A DNA stretch of 64,000 nucleotides from an uncultured bacterium (GTDB lineage: Bacteria; Armatimonadota; Abditibacteriia; Abditibacteriales; Abditibacteriaceae), in assembly GCA_963843795.1 (NCBI GenBank), contig CAWJLW010000006.1, forward strand, positions 1,736,001 to 1,800,000. Direction: 5' to 3'. The translations under genes were made by a program, and so were the position numbers. Below are positions 30,830 to 40,403 of the stretch, one piece after another; the first letter of the stretch is position 1, and every line of letters starts with the position of its first letter. The notes below the pieces were generated by a model. It had not been told where the DNA came from. It searched no databases and was given only the letters and a program-made list of their open reading frames with translations.

Positions 30830-31321
30830 TCATTCGTTCAGCGCGCGTCGAGCATCACGTTTGAGTTCGCGCTCTTGGATGGCGTGACGCTTATCGTGAG
30901 TTTTGCGACCTTTACCCACGCCCAGTTCGAGCTTCACACGCCCACCCGAAAAATACATTTTAAGCGGAACCAGGGTGTAACCTTTCTGCTGCACGCGTCC
31001 GGCCAACCTGCCGATTTGCGAGCGATGCAGTAGCAACTTGCGTTTGCGGCGCGGGTCGCCCACCCAGGCCGTGCCATTTTCATAAGGCGCGACATGGATA
31101 TTGTAAACCCACACTTCCGGCCCACTGCGGCCCGCCCCGCTTTCCAAACGAGCGAATGCTTCGGCCAACTGCACTTGTCCCAGCCGCGCACTCTTGACTT
31201 CGGTTCCAGTCAAAACTAAACCCGCTTCAAGGGTTTCCTCAACTTCATAATTGAAGCGACCGCGCCGATTAAGCGCAATAGTTTCGTCTTGCAGATATTT
31301 TTTCTTCTTGGATTTCGCCAT
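30830..31321 (-). CDS. smpB: SsrA-binding protein
   Basis: NRRGRFNY, EAGLVLTGTEVKS, RKLLLH and GKGRKTHDKR. Confidence 0.97.
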   Translation of the reverse strand: MAKSKKKKYLQDETIALNRRGRFNYEVEETLEAGLVLTGTEVKSARLGQVQLAEAFARLESGAGRSGPEVWVYNIHVAPYENGTAWVGDPRRKRKLLLHRSQIGRLAGRVQQKGYTLVPLKMYFSGGRVKLELGVGKGRKTHDKRHAIQERELKRDARRALNE

Positions 31322-31333
31322 GAAACTCAATAT

Positions 31334-31373
31334 TAAAATGTGACGGAGCAAGTACTTGCCCCGTCACATTTTA
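31334..31373 (-). terminator. Terminator-like hairpin centred on the palindrome
   Basis: TAAAATGTGACGG-A-GCAAGTACTTGC-C-CCGTCACATTTTA. Confidence 0.7.
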
Positions 31374-31387
31374 GCTTTTAGCCACAA

Positions 31388-33025
31388 TCAATCGTCGCTA
31401 TCCTCACCTTTTTCTTTAGCGACTTGTTTGAGCGCGGCGGCCTGCAAAGCATCGTCGTCCAAAACTTCATCATCGTCGCCTAATTCAGCCAACGCTTCAA
31501 CATCGAGATCGTCATCGCTGAGATTGACATCGAGATCGTCATCATCGCCTTCGGCTTCGTCGGCTTCGGCCATCTCTTTCGAGCGCGCCGCAGCTTTTTG
31601 CGCGGCGGCAGCCTGCGCGGCAGCAATCGCCGCTTTGGGCTTAATGGTCGCCGTGTTAATAACCGGTTGCGGTGTCAGCAAATGTTCGCGACGTGGCTCG
31701 ACTTTACGACCGCGACGCAAACCCGGTAGCACCGCATCGATCATCGCCGTCACCAGATGTTCGTCGCTTTTGCGCTGACGTTCCAGCGCGGGAACTGCGC
31801 GTTTATCGCCCAATCGCCCCAAAGACTCAACGACACTGCGACGCACATTTTCGCGCTTGTCGTTCAAAGCTTTGATTAAGGGAATCACTGCGTCCAAATC
31901 ACCGATTTCGCCCAGCGACAACGAAGCATGAAAACGTACGCTCCACTCATCATCGCGCAAGCGCTCGCACAAATGCGGAACTGCGCGCTTATCGCCCAAT
32001 TCGCCCAAACCCTGCGCAGCTGCCAGACGTACCACCCAGTCGGGATCATCCAACGCCGTGACCAAAGGTTCCAGCGCAGCCTTATTACCAATCGAAGCCA
32101 CGGCTTTAACCGCCGCATAGCGAACGTCTTGAATCGGGTCGCTGAGCAACGATTTCAAATGTGTCGCCGATTTAGCATCACCAATTTTGCCCAGCGCTAA
32201 GGCAGCGTAACGGCGCACACGCACATTTTCATCGTGCAGTGCTTTCACCAATGCTTTCACTGCACGCTTATCGCGCAGTTCGCCCAGCGCTTCGGAAACC
32301 CAGCGCCTTACGTTGTGATTGGGATGTTCGAGAGCTGCAGTCAAACTCGGCACCGCTTGCTCGCCAACGCGCACCAAAGCGTCTGCCGCCGATTTGCGAA
32401 CATCAATCGAAGGCGAATCCAAACATTCGATCAGCGAATCAATTGCACGTTCATCACGCAGTTTGCCCAAAGATTCCGCCGCGAAACGTACCAAATCAAT
32501 GTTGTCGGAATGCAAAAAAGTCAGCAAAGGCTCGGTCGCTTTGGTCGAACCCAGTTCACCCAGCGCGATGACCATCGCTTTTTGCACTTCGGTAGTTTCG
32601 TTGTCCAAACGCCGGATGATGTCGGACGCGACTTTTTTGTCACCCAGTTTGCCCAACACTTCACTGCTCCAACGTCGAACGGAATCATCGGGTGAATCGA
32701 GCGAATCCAAAAGCGGCTGCACAGCGGGCGTTCCCAGAAGAGAAAGCGCGTGCGCCGAAGCGCGCTGCACATTCAGTGAAGAATCGGCCAGCGCTTGCAC
32801 TAAAGGCTCGACGCACTGTTCGGAACCTAATTCGCCTAAAGCGGTGGCCGAAGCCATGCGAACTTGGAATGTGGAACCGGTTGTGAGGGCTTCAGCCAGC
32901 ACGGGAATGGTTTCTTGACCCATCGCGACGATTTCGTCGATAATAGGGCGTTGCGTGGTTTCGCTCTTGCCTTCGAGCTCCACCAAATATTCTTGTAAAC
33001 GAGCGTCTTTTGCCGTTAAGGCCAC
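31388..33025 (-). CDS. HEAT (PBS-lyase-like) repeat protein with acidic C-terminal tail
   Basis: About a dozen VR..AA.ALG.LGD.RAV..L...L.D units. AAGGAGG Shine-Dalgarno site before GTG. Confidence 0.92.
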   Translation of the reverse strand: MALTAKDARLQEYLVELEGKSETTQRPIIDEIVAMGQETIPVLAEALTTGSTFQVRMASATALGELGSEQCVEPLVQALADSSLNVQRASAHALSLLGTPAVQPLLDSLDSPDDSVRRWSSEVLGKLGDKKVASDIIRRLDNETTEVQKAMVIALGELGSTKATEPLLTFLHSDNIDLVRFAAESLGKLRDERAIDSLIECLDSPSIDVRKSAADALVRVGEQAVPSLTAALEHPNHNVRRWVSEALGELRDKRAVKALVKALHDENVRVRRYAALALGKIGDAKSATHLKSLLSDPIQDVRYAAVKAVASIGNKAALEPLVTALDDPDWVVRLAAAQGLGELGDKRAVPHLCERLRDDEWSVRFHASLSLGEIGDLDAVIPLIKALNDKRENVRRSVVESLGRLGDKRAVPALERQRKSDEHLVTAMIDAVLPGLRRGRKVEPRREHLLTPQPVINTATIKPKAAIAAAQAAAAQKAAARSKEMAEADEAEGDDDDLDVNLSDDDLDVEALAELGDDDEVLDDDALQAAALKQVAKEKGEDSDD

Positions 33026-33276
33026 GAGCCGTCCTCCTTCATCTCAGCGCCATTTTTCGCCTGAGATGTTTCGCATGATTGATAGGGGAAATTGAGGCCC
33101 CGCAAGTACTTGCCGCAACTTGCAGAGGCTTTTTAGGTTTCAAATCTGAATTTTGCAGCTTGGTATCGACGCCAAAGTTCTGTGCGCGTGCCTTCAAATA
33201 CCTGCAAAACCGCTTGCATTTTAGCAGATTCGACGATTTGGCGCAGAGAACGAGGAAATCAAGCGTTCCGCGGAAA

Positions 33277-34821
33277 TCAAGAGGTCAATCGAGACGCCGC
33301 TAAAACATTGAATATTTGGTTCTGTACCTCGCGCATCTGTGCGCCACGCCCGAAGTTGCACAGAATCGAAACCGCCAATCGCTGATTATCGGCGGTCGTG
33401 ACATAACCAGACAATGTGGAAACAATGGAAAAAGAGCCGGTTTTGGCGCGCACATTCAACGCGCCCGGCGTGTTTGCAAAGCGTTTGCGAAGAGTTCCAT
33501 CAACGCCCGCGAGCGGCAAACCATCATAAAACGCGCGACCTTCCATCGGACGAAAACGCTCAATCGCCGCCAGCATTTGCGTGGTAGCGCGAGGCGTCAC
33601 CAAGTCGTAACGGCTTAAACCCGAACCATCGCTGAATTGCAAATCGTCGGTTTTTATGGCATTTTGCTCCAGCCACGTCTTGAGCAACCGGTGCCCGTAC
33701 GCGGCATAATCGCTTGTTTTCGTGACCGACTGTGGCCCGTAAAACGCCAGATCGCGCAACAGCATTTCGGCGTATAAATTGTCCGAAGGCTTCAAACAAT
33801 CGCGCACCAAGGTCGATAGCGGCGGCGAGAAATGGCGTGCCACTTCAATTGCTGTTTTGGGCGCTTGCCCGCTGCGCGATGCGCCGATCACTTTAATGCC
33901 GTGCTTCAACAGCGCGCGTTTGAACCACAAAGCGGCACGCAAATTCGCATCGGGCACCGCAACGCCGTCGCTGCGTTTTTCTCCCACGCCAATCGTACCC
34001 GAAATTTTCAGGCGCGGCCCAATCGCCGATTGATGATTGGCGCGGTCGAAAATTACCTGGTTGTCTTTTTGCGCGGTTGTCCGAACGCGCGCATCGATCC
34101 AATTTCGCGCATCCGGCGGCGCGACTTCTATTTTTGCGAGTTGGCCCGCCGATGTACCAGTAATCGTGACATCAACTTGATTGCGGTCAATCGCCAAAGC
34201 CGAAACCATCGGGCCGTAATACCAGATCGTGTCGTCCAAAGTCCAACCATCCGGATAGCGCCCACCCAAGGTTTCCGCTCCAAAGGCGCTGCCGTCACCG
34301 ATCACATCACCGCGAATTTCACGAATGCCGCGCCGATAAATCTGAGCCGCCAACTCGTCCAAATCGCTCCGTTTTAGCGACGGATCGCCGCCGCCGATAA
34401 GGAAAATATCGCCAGTCCAAAGTGCAGCGCGGCGCGTGGCCCGCACAGCGACTCGCGTTCTGATGCGAAAATTCGCGCCCAAATAATGCAATGTGGCCGC
34501 GCAGGTGAAACTTTTGGCATTCGAAGCCGGAATGAAGCGCTTCTCAGAGTCGCGCGCCCAAATTTCTGGCTGCGCGCCATTTTCGTAACTTCGACTGGGA
34601 AATTGTTCGACGTTGGCAACAGTTCCCAGTGCGCGAATCGAAATTCCGATGTGCGCGCTCTGGTTTTGCTCAGCGCCTAAAATCTGCGCGATTTGCGTTT
34701 CGATTGTGGGCGGCAATTTTTGTGGCGCAGATATTTGAGCGCGGGCCGTCGCAGAAACGCAGACAGAAAACAGCAGAAAGTACTTGCAGAAGGTTTGTCG
34801 GAGCATAAGTGAAGAATACAA
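33277..34821 (-). CDS. dacB: D-Ala-D-Ala carboxypeptidase/endopeptidase, peptidase S13 (PBP4)
   Basis: PASNAK, GGGDP, SDN, DGSGLSR, GVDGTL and AKTGS. Confidence 0.93.
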   Translation of the reverse strand: MYSSLMLRQTFCKYFLLFSVCVSATARAQISAPQKLPPTIETQIAQILGAEQNQSAHIGISIRALGTVANVEQFPSRSYENGAQPEIWARDSEKRFIPASNAKSFTCAATLHYLGANFRIRTRVAVRATRRAALWTGDIFLIGGGDPSLKRSDLDELAAQIYRRGIREIRGDVIGDGSAFGAETLGGRYPDGWTLDDTIWYYGPMVSALAIDRNQVDVTITGTSAGQLAKIEVAPPDARNWIDARVRTTAQKDNQVIFDRANHQSAIGPRLKISGTIGVGEKRSDGVAVPDANLRAALWFKRALLKHGIKVIGASRSGQAPKTAIEVARHFSPPLSTLVRDCLKPSDNLYAEMLLRDLAFYGPQSVTKTSDYAAYGHRLLKTWLEQNAIKTDDLQFSDGSGLSRYDLVTPRATTQMLAAIERFRPMEGRAFYDGLPLAGVDGTLRKRFANTPGALNVRAKTGSFSIVSTLSGYVTTADNQRLAVSILCNFGRGAQMREVQNQIFNVLAASRLTS

Positions 34822-34822
34822 T

Positions 34823-35941
34823 TCAAAAATTCAAAAATTCCGTGCTGATTTGGCGCAAAAGCGGAAAGCGATTCGGGCCATCGCGCGTGGGATGCACACG
34901 ATTATTTAAAACCACGCAAACGCGCTGCGTTTCACGATGCAGCCACAACGACGGACCAGTGAAACCAAGATGGCCGATGCTGCCGCGCGGCGCATTTTCG
35001 GTCATATACAGCGGCGAGTCGATTTGCCAGCACCAACCGCGACGCGCGCCAGTTTCGGCATTTTCCAAACGCAAATCTTCAAAGCACGCCGCGATGTCCT
35101 GCGGATAAAAAATCTGTCGATTTTCGTGCGCACCATCGTTCAGCCACAAGCGCGCAAAACGCATTACGCCTTCGGTATCAGCGAAAACTCCGGCGTTGCC
35201 GCAAAAGTCTTCATCGGTCGCGGTGTAAAAACGCGCGGCTTCATCGTGAATTTTTCCACAGAAAGTTTCGCCATTACTTTGCGTTTCAGTTGGCGCAATT
35301 TCACCCGGCAAGTACTTGCCGGGCGCGAATGTCGTGCGCACGCTTTCGTCAGCGTTGTAAAGTGGTTCCATCAGGCGGCGCACGATGAACTGTTCTAAAT
35401 TTCCGCCGATAATTTTCGCCAGCACACGCGCCAGCAGAAAATAGTTGGAACACGAATACAAAACTTCGCTGCCGGGTGCGCTTAACAAAGGCGCCTCAGC
35501 CAATTGTTGAATCCAATCCTCGCCGCAACGTCCTTTAAGTGCGTTGCGGGCATTTGTTTCGTCATTTTCATCCAGTGGCACGAAACTTTGGATGGCGCAC
35601 TCGATACCGCTGCTGTGATCGAGCAAATGCGCGATTTGAACCGTGCTCTTCTCACTGCTTTGAAACGCGGGCAAAAACTCGCCCACAGTTTGCGACGCAG
35701 AAATTTTGTGATCGCGCGCGACAAGAAGCCACGCGGCCAGCGTCCATAATTTCGATAGCGAAGCCAGATCGTAGATCGTGGTTGGTTCGACTGGTAAAGC
35801 GTTTTCGTAGCGCAAATGACCGCGCGCGATTTGCAGATGCCGCGCGCCATGTTGCCATTGAACGACGACGCCGGGAAAAATGCGCGCGCTTATAGCTTCA
35901 TCCAGTAGCGCAGTTATTGAGTTGATAGCAGGTTCTTGCAT
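34823..35941 (-). CDS. Serine hydrolase, beta-lactamase-like family
   Basis: DLASLSK, LLDHSSG, YSCSN, HDEAAR, GNAGVF and GHLGFTG. Confidence 0.88.
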   Translation of the reverse strand: MQEPAINSITALLDEAISARIFPGVVVQWQHGARHLQIARGHLRYENALPVEPTTIYDLASLSKLWTLAAWLLVARDHKISASQTVGEFLPAFQSSEKSTVQIAHLLDHSSGIECAIQSFVPLDENDETNARNALKGRCGEDWIQQLAEAPLLSAPGSEVLYSCSNYFLLARVLAKIIGGNLEQFIVRRLMEPLYNADESVRTTFAPGKYLPGEIAPTETQSNGETFCGKIHDEAARFYTATDEDFCGNAGVFADTEGVMRFARLWLNDGAHENRQIFYPQDIAACFEDLRLENAETGARRGWCWQIDSPLYMTENAPRGSIGHLGFTGPSLWLHRETQRVCVVLNNRVHPTRDGPNRFPLLRQISTEFLNF

Positions 35942-36045
35942 CGAACGCAGTTTGCCCGAATTGGGACGCGCGTTGAAATGCCCTGCGAAAAAGTGCGCTT
36001 CCAGAAACGCTTACAAGTGTGATCATTTGGTGTAAAATCGAAAGC

Positions 36046-36495
36046 GTGTTACCGGCATCATCTTCTTCGAATTATTCGAACTCAAACAGCTTTGTGCGTG
36101 CCACCTTGTGGGGTGCGCTGGCGATATTCATTTACGCGTTGCTGGTCGCTTGGGGCTTGGCGGCGGGCTGGATCGGTCTCGACCGCGCATATGTCCTTCT
36201 CGCCATGCCGTGCCTGGTGCCGGTCGCATGGTATGCGTATGGGTTTTTACAAGTGCGCGACGCTCAAGACGACATCGGCTTGCTGCTTTCGGCTGCCGGT
36301 TGGGCTTTGGTCGCTTTTGGACTGCTGATTAAAGACGCGACGTGGCGCGGCGCTCAAGACGCCCTACGGCGCGGCGTGACCATCGATGACACCAGTGCGC
36401 CCGCGATGGTTTGTTTCGCCCTCGCGCTGGTGTGCATCGTGTCGGGCGCGGCGCTCTCGTTCGACGCGTGGCGCAAAAACACTCCCGATATTTAA
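36046..36495 (+). CDS. Hypothetical four-TM membrane protein
   Basis: Four hydrophobic segments. Start set at GTG 36046, 7 nt after TAAAAT; alternative start 36019. Confidence 0.65.
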   Translation: MLPASSSSNYSNSNSFVRATLWGALAIFIYALLVAWGLAAGWIGLDRAYVLLAMPCLVPVAWYAYGFLQVRDAQDDIGLLLSAAGWALVAFGLLIKDATWRGAQDALRRGVTIDDTSAPAMVCFALALVCIVSGAALSFDAWRKNTPDI

Positions 36496-36612
36496 CAGCG
36501 TTCTCAGCAATTGCGCTGCAAGTACTTGCAGCGGCATTGAAGGCTGAATGTGGTGCACTAACAATACATATTGTGATGCACTGATTAAAATTTGCAATTG
36601 AGGTTTGAAGTA

Positions 36613-37686
36613 ATGGCTTTTGATATTGATGCTTTGCTGACTTTTGCCACCCAGAACAAAGTTTCCGACGTATTTTTGAAAGGCGACGCCCCACCCTACT
36701 TGCGCTTGAATGGTGACGTGCGCAAGCTCGATCATCCGCCAATTTCCGAAGCCGACATGGAAATGTTGGCCAAAAAGATGATGACCGGCGAACAGTGGCA
36801 GATGTTTGAAGAACATCCCGATCACGACGTCGCTTACTCCATTCCCAATGTTTCGCGCTTTCGTGTCAATATCTATCGCACACGCGGCGCGCTCGCGATG
36901 GTGTTGCGCGTAGTGCAGCTTGAAATTCGCGGTTTCGAAGAACTGGGTTTGCCAGAAGTGATCGCCGATTTTACCAAGCATCACGATGGTTTGGTGCTTG
37001 TTACCGGCCCGACCGGAAGCGGCAAATCGACAACCTTGGCGGCCATGATCGACCTCATCAACCGCGAAAAGAAAGGGCACATCGTCACTATCGAAGACCC
37101 AATTGAATATGTGCATCCCGACAAAGGCTGCATCGTGTCGCAGCGCGAAGTCGGCCTCGATACCGCAAAATTCGGCGACGCCCTGCGCGCCAGCTTGCGC
37201 GAAGCGCCTGACGTGATTCTAGTTGGCGAGTTGCGCGATACCGAAACGATGGGCATTTGTTTGCAAGCCGCGGAAACCGGCCACCTTGTTTTCTCGACCT
37301 TGCACACCGCGAGCGCGGCGGAATCAATGGAGCGCATTCTGTCGATGTTCCAGCCGCACGAAAAAGCTCTGGTGCAGCAGCGCTTGAGCAAAACTTTGCG
37401 CGGTATTATCTCGCAAAAATTGGTGCCGACTGTCGATGGTAAAGGCCGCGTCTGCGCCTGCGAAATTCTCAATGTTTCGCCGACCGTCGCGCAATATATC
37501 GAAGAAGGCCGTTCTGGCCAGATTTATCAGGCCATCAAAGAAGGCGCCAGCCAGTGGAAAATGCAAACCATGAATATGGCGCTGGACAAAGCCGCCAAAG
37601 ACGGCAAAATTACCGAAGAAATGGCGATGGAATTCGCCGGAAACCGATCCGAACTGCGCCAGATGCTGCGCCGCGAAGTTGAATGA
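36613..37686 (+). CDS. pilT: Type IV pilus retraction ATPase, PilT/PilU family
   Basis: RFRVN, TGPTGSGKSTT, TIEDPIE, QREVG, LREAPDVILVGELRD and AETGHLVFSTLHT. Confidence 0.92.
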   Translation: MAFDIDALLTFATQNKVSDVFLKGDAPPYLRLNGDVRKLDHPPISEADMEMLAKKMMTGEQWQMFEEHPDHDVAYSIPNVSRFRVNIYRTRGALAMVLRVVQLEIRGFEELGLPEVIADFTKHHDGLVLVTGPTGSGKSTTLAAMIDLINREKKGHIVTIEDPIEYVHPDKGCIVSQREVGLDTAKFGDALRASLREAPDVILVGELRDTETMGICLQAAETGHLVFSTLHTASAAESMERILSMFQPHEKALVQQRLSKTLRGIISQKLVPTVDGKGRVCACEILNVSPTVAQYIEEGRSGQIYQAIKEGASQWKMQTMNMALDKAAKDGKITEEMAMEFAGNRSELRQMLRREVE

Positions 37687-37703
37687 TTTTTAATCGAATT
37701 TGT

Positions 37704-37749
37704 ATGACAAAAAGCGCGCTGCAAGTACTTGCAGTGCGCTTTTTGTCAT
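37704..37749. terminator. Bidirectional terminator hairpin (46 bp, one G-T pair) centred on the palindrome
   Basis: ATGACAAAAAGCGCGCTGCAAGTACTTGCAGTGCGCTTTTTGTCAT between convergent pilT and rfbD. Confidence 0.82.
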
Positions 37750-37839
37750 CTATGAACACATAGAACACATATTTTTGAGTTTTCATAGAGTGGCGAACAC
37801 CTTTTGAGGTGTTACCACGAGGCAATTAACTTCAATTTG

Positions 37840-38721
37840 TCACGGCTGCTCGCTCAAAAATTCTTCCAGCGCACTGCGCCAATCGCGCAAGGGTGTGACG
37901 CCAAACGATTGTGCTTTTTCGTTGTTTAAAGTCGAATACGCGGGGCGCGCGGCGGGTGCGCCGTATTCTGCGCTGGAAACCGATTCGACGCGGCAATTAA
38001 CACCGTCGATTTCAAAAACCGCGCGCGCGTAATCGTCGAAACCGATTTCGCCCGCGTTGGACAAGTGGAACAAACCGCCATGAGCGTTTTGCACCAATTG
38101 CCACGTTGCTTTAGCCAAATCGGGTGTGTAGGTGGGCGTGCCGATTTGGTCGCTGACCACACGTACACTTTCGCGCGCGCGGCCTAATTTCAACATCAAA
38201 AGTGGAAAATTGCCCGCCGGTTTTCCACCCGCGTTTTCGCTCGCGACCGGCCCGAATAAGCGACACACCCGAATAGCGAAGTTACGCTCGTGCGCGGCCA
38301 AAACCGCGTTTTCGCCACCCAGCTTGGCGCTGCCGTAAACGCTGAGCGGATGGGCGCAATCGGTTTCTTTATACGGCGAAGTTTTCTTGCCATCGAACAC
38401 GAAATCGGTTGAGAAATGCACCAGAGGAATTTCGAATTCGGCGCAAATTTGCGCCAGTCGGCAGGGGCCAAGCGCGTTGAAATTCCAGCAATCGTCCATG
38501 CCTTCATTTTGCGCACGATCCACCAAATTATACGCTGCGCCGTTGAAAACAATAGTGGGCTTGATGCGTTCGAAGGCATGACGAATCGAAGCTTCATCAG
38601 CGATGTCGAGTTCGGCGCGCAGCATTAAATGCGTTTCTGTATCAGAGGGCGCAGCGGCGGCCAGAGCGCGCGAAAGTTGGCCGTTGCCGCCCGCGATGAG
38701 AGCCTTGGGAAATTGGTTCAT
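37840..38721 (-). CDS. rfbD: dTDP-4-dehydrorhamnose reductase
   Basis: GGNGQL, STDFVFDG, YGSAKLGGE, DQIGTPT and A.RP.YS. Confidence 0.93.
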   Translation of the reverse strand: MNQFPKALIAGGNGQLSRALAAAAPSDTETHLMLRAELDIADEASIRHAFERIKPTIVFNGAAYNLVDRAQNEGMDDCWNFNALGPCRLAQICAEFEIPLVHFSTDFVFDGKKTSPYKETDCAHPLSVYGSAKLGGENAVLAAHERNFAIRVCRLFGPVASENAGGKPAGNFPLLMLKLGRARESVRVVSDQIGTPTYTPDLAKATWQLVQNAHGGLFHLSNAGEIGFDDYARAVFEIDGVNCRVESVSSAEYGAPAARPAYSTLNNEKAQSFGVTPLRDWRSALEEFLSEQP

Positions 38722-38729
38722 AAAATAAA

Positions 38730-39395
38730 TTAACCCACAGTTTCAGTTTTGTCTTCAGCAATAAATTCTGTGGCCACCAACCATTTGCCTTCCATGATCG
38801 AATCTTTGACCGGACGGCGACCGCTGGGAATTTCGCGCTCTTGGTATTTTTCCGGTAAACGGCTTTTATCGCCGCGATAGCCAATCGCATAAACCGCCAA
38901 TGGCTCGAAATCGGTTGGAATGCCCAAAACGGCACGCGCCATATCGGCATCGAAACCGGCCATGCCGTGCGCTATTAAACCGTTGTGCGTACAAGCCAGC
39001 GTCATGTAGCCTGAAGCCGTGCCGCAATCGAGCGCATAAGTTTTGTTTTCTTTACCGTTGTAAGTGAACGTTTTTTTGCCGACCAAAAGCACCAGAACCG
39101 GCGCGTTCTGCGCCCAGATTTTGTTGGCGGGGGCCAGAAACGAAACGAATTTATCCAAATCTTCGCCCTGGCGCGCGAGGATAAATCGCCACGGCTGCTC
39201 GTTTTGCGACGAAGCCGCCCAGCGCGCCGCCTCGAAAACGCGCATCAAAACGTCGTTTTCAACCGGCTTATTGGAAAAGGCGCGCGGTGACCAGCGTTCT
39301 AAAATCGCGGTGTCGACGAGATGCTCCGCTTCGCGCTCGCTCGCTACTTCGTTCGATAATTTCACCCGAAAATCTTGGACTTTTTTCTCGCTCAT
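38730..39395 (-). CDS. Nitroreductase-family protein
   Basis: RWSPRAF, AARWAASSQNEQPWRF and HGMAGFD. Confidence 0.92.
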   Translation of the reverse strand: MSEKKVQDFRVKLSNEVASEREAEHLVDTAILERWSPRAFSNKPVENDVLMRVFEAARWAASSQNEQPWRFILARQGEDLDKFVSFLAPANKIWAQNAPVLVLLVGKKTFTYNGKENKTYALDCGTASGYMTLACTHNGLIAHGMAGFDADMARAVLGIPTDFEPLAVYAIGYRGDKSRLPEKYQEREIPSGRRPVKDSIMEGKWLVATEFIAEDKTETVG

Positions 39396-39451
39396 TTTCT
39401 CTCTTTCCCGTTATTTTGTTCTACAAGTGCTTGCATCGCGTTTGGCTAATT

Positions 39452-40399
39452 TCAATTGGCCAATGCGCCGCCGCAGCTCGAACCCGCACCCGCTGTGCAG
39501 CCGAAACAATGGCCGCCCGTCCTGACTGCTCCACTCTCTAATTCCTGCAATGACAGTTCCCACAAAAACTCGGCACCGGGGCGCGACATTTTCAGCATCT
39601 GGTTGAAATCGCAATCGTAAACGCGGCCCTGCCAATCGACGTTAATCGTATCGCGACACATCAGGCCGTCAATCGTGGACGCATTGAAGTTTTCAATGAG
39701 TAATTGATTGTAGCTGTCCCATTGATTTTCGCGGCGCAGTTGCGCGGCAAAACGCGCGATAGGCAGATTCGCCAGCGCGAATAAGTGATTAAATTCGATG
39801 CCGAAGTCCTCGCGCAGACGTGTTTTATATTCGCTTTCCAACGCACTTTGCGGCGGCGGCAAATGCGCGCCCAGCGGGTTGTAAACAAGATGCAGCTGTT
39901 GCGTATGGTCGCGCCCATAACCCAACGCATTCAACTTTTGCAGCGCGGCAATGCTTTTTTGGAACACGCCGTCGCCGCGCTGGGCATCGACATTATCCGC
40001 ACCGTAACACGGCAGTGAAGCGACGATTTCGACGCGGTGCGCGCTGAGGAATTCCGGCAAATCTTCGTGGCCCGCTTCAAAGAAAATCGTCAGGTTGCAA
40101 CGATCCATCACATGGCGCTTCATAGCTGTACAGCGCTCGACCAAAGTGCGAAAATTCGGGTTCATTTCGGGTGCACCGCCCGTAATATCGACAACTGGAA
40201 TTGCGGTTTTATCGAGCCAGTTTAAAATGCGGTCAATAGTTGCGCGCGTCATGGCTTCAGTACGCGCGGGGCCTGCATTGACGTGACAGTGCGCGCAGGT
40301 TTGGTTGCATTTTCTGCCGATATTGAGTTGCAAAACGCGCGCAGCGGTGCGCTGCAATTGCAAATCGTGCGCGGCAAGTACTTGCGAGAAGGATTGCAT
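39452..40399 (-). CDS. arsS: Radical SAM protein, ArsS (arsenosugar biosynthesis)/DUF3641 family
   Basis: CNQTCAHCHVNAGP, DITGGAPE, ASLPCY, YDCDFNQ and C-terminal HCFGCTAGAGSSCGG. Confidence 0.85.
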   Translation of the reverse strand: MQSFSQVLAAHDLQLQRTAARVLQLNIGRKCNQTCAHCHVNAGPARTEAMTRATIDRILNWLDKTAIPVVDITGGAPEMNPNFRTLVERCTAMKRHVMDRCNLTIFFEAGHEDLPEFLSAHRVEIVASLPCYGADNVDAQRGDGVFQKSIAALQKLNALGYGRDHTQQLHLVYNPLGAHLPPPQSALESEYKTRLREDFGIEFNHLFALANLPIARFAAQLRRENQWDSYNQLLIENFNASTIDGLMCRDTINVDWQGRVYDCDFNQMLKMSRPGAEFLWELSLQELESGAVRTGGHCFGCTAGAGSSCGGALAN

Positions 40400-40403
40400 G
40401 AAT

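Noticed and set aside
30730..31390. tmRNA (ssrA) beside smpB
   Set aside because: The flanking intergenic gaps are under about 100 bp and show no tRNA-like ends.
23393..35941. Serine hydrolases and PBPs as antibiotic-resistance genes
   Set aside because: SxxK-family motifs are shared by esterases and peptidases. Nothing indicates true beta-lactamases or a mobile context.
39452..39500. Selenocysteine in the ArsS C-terminal motif
   Set aside because: The codon is TGC (Cys) and the ORF reads through to a normal stop.
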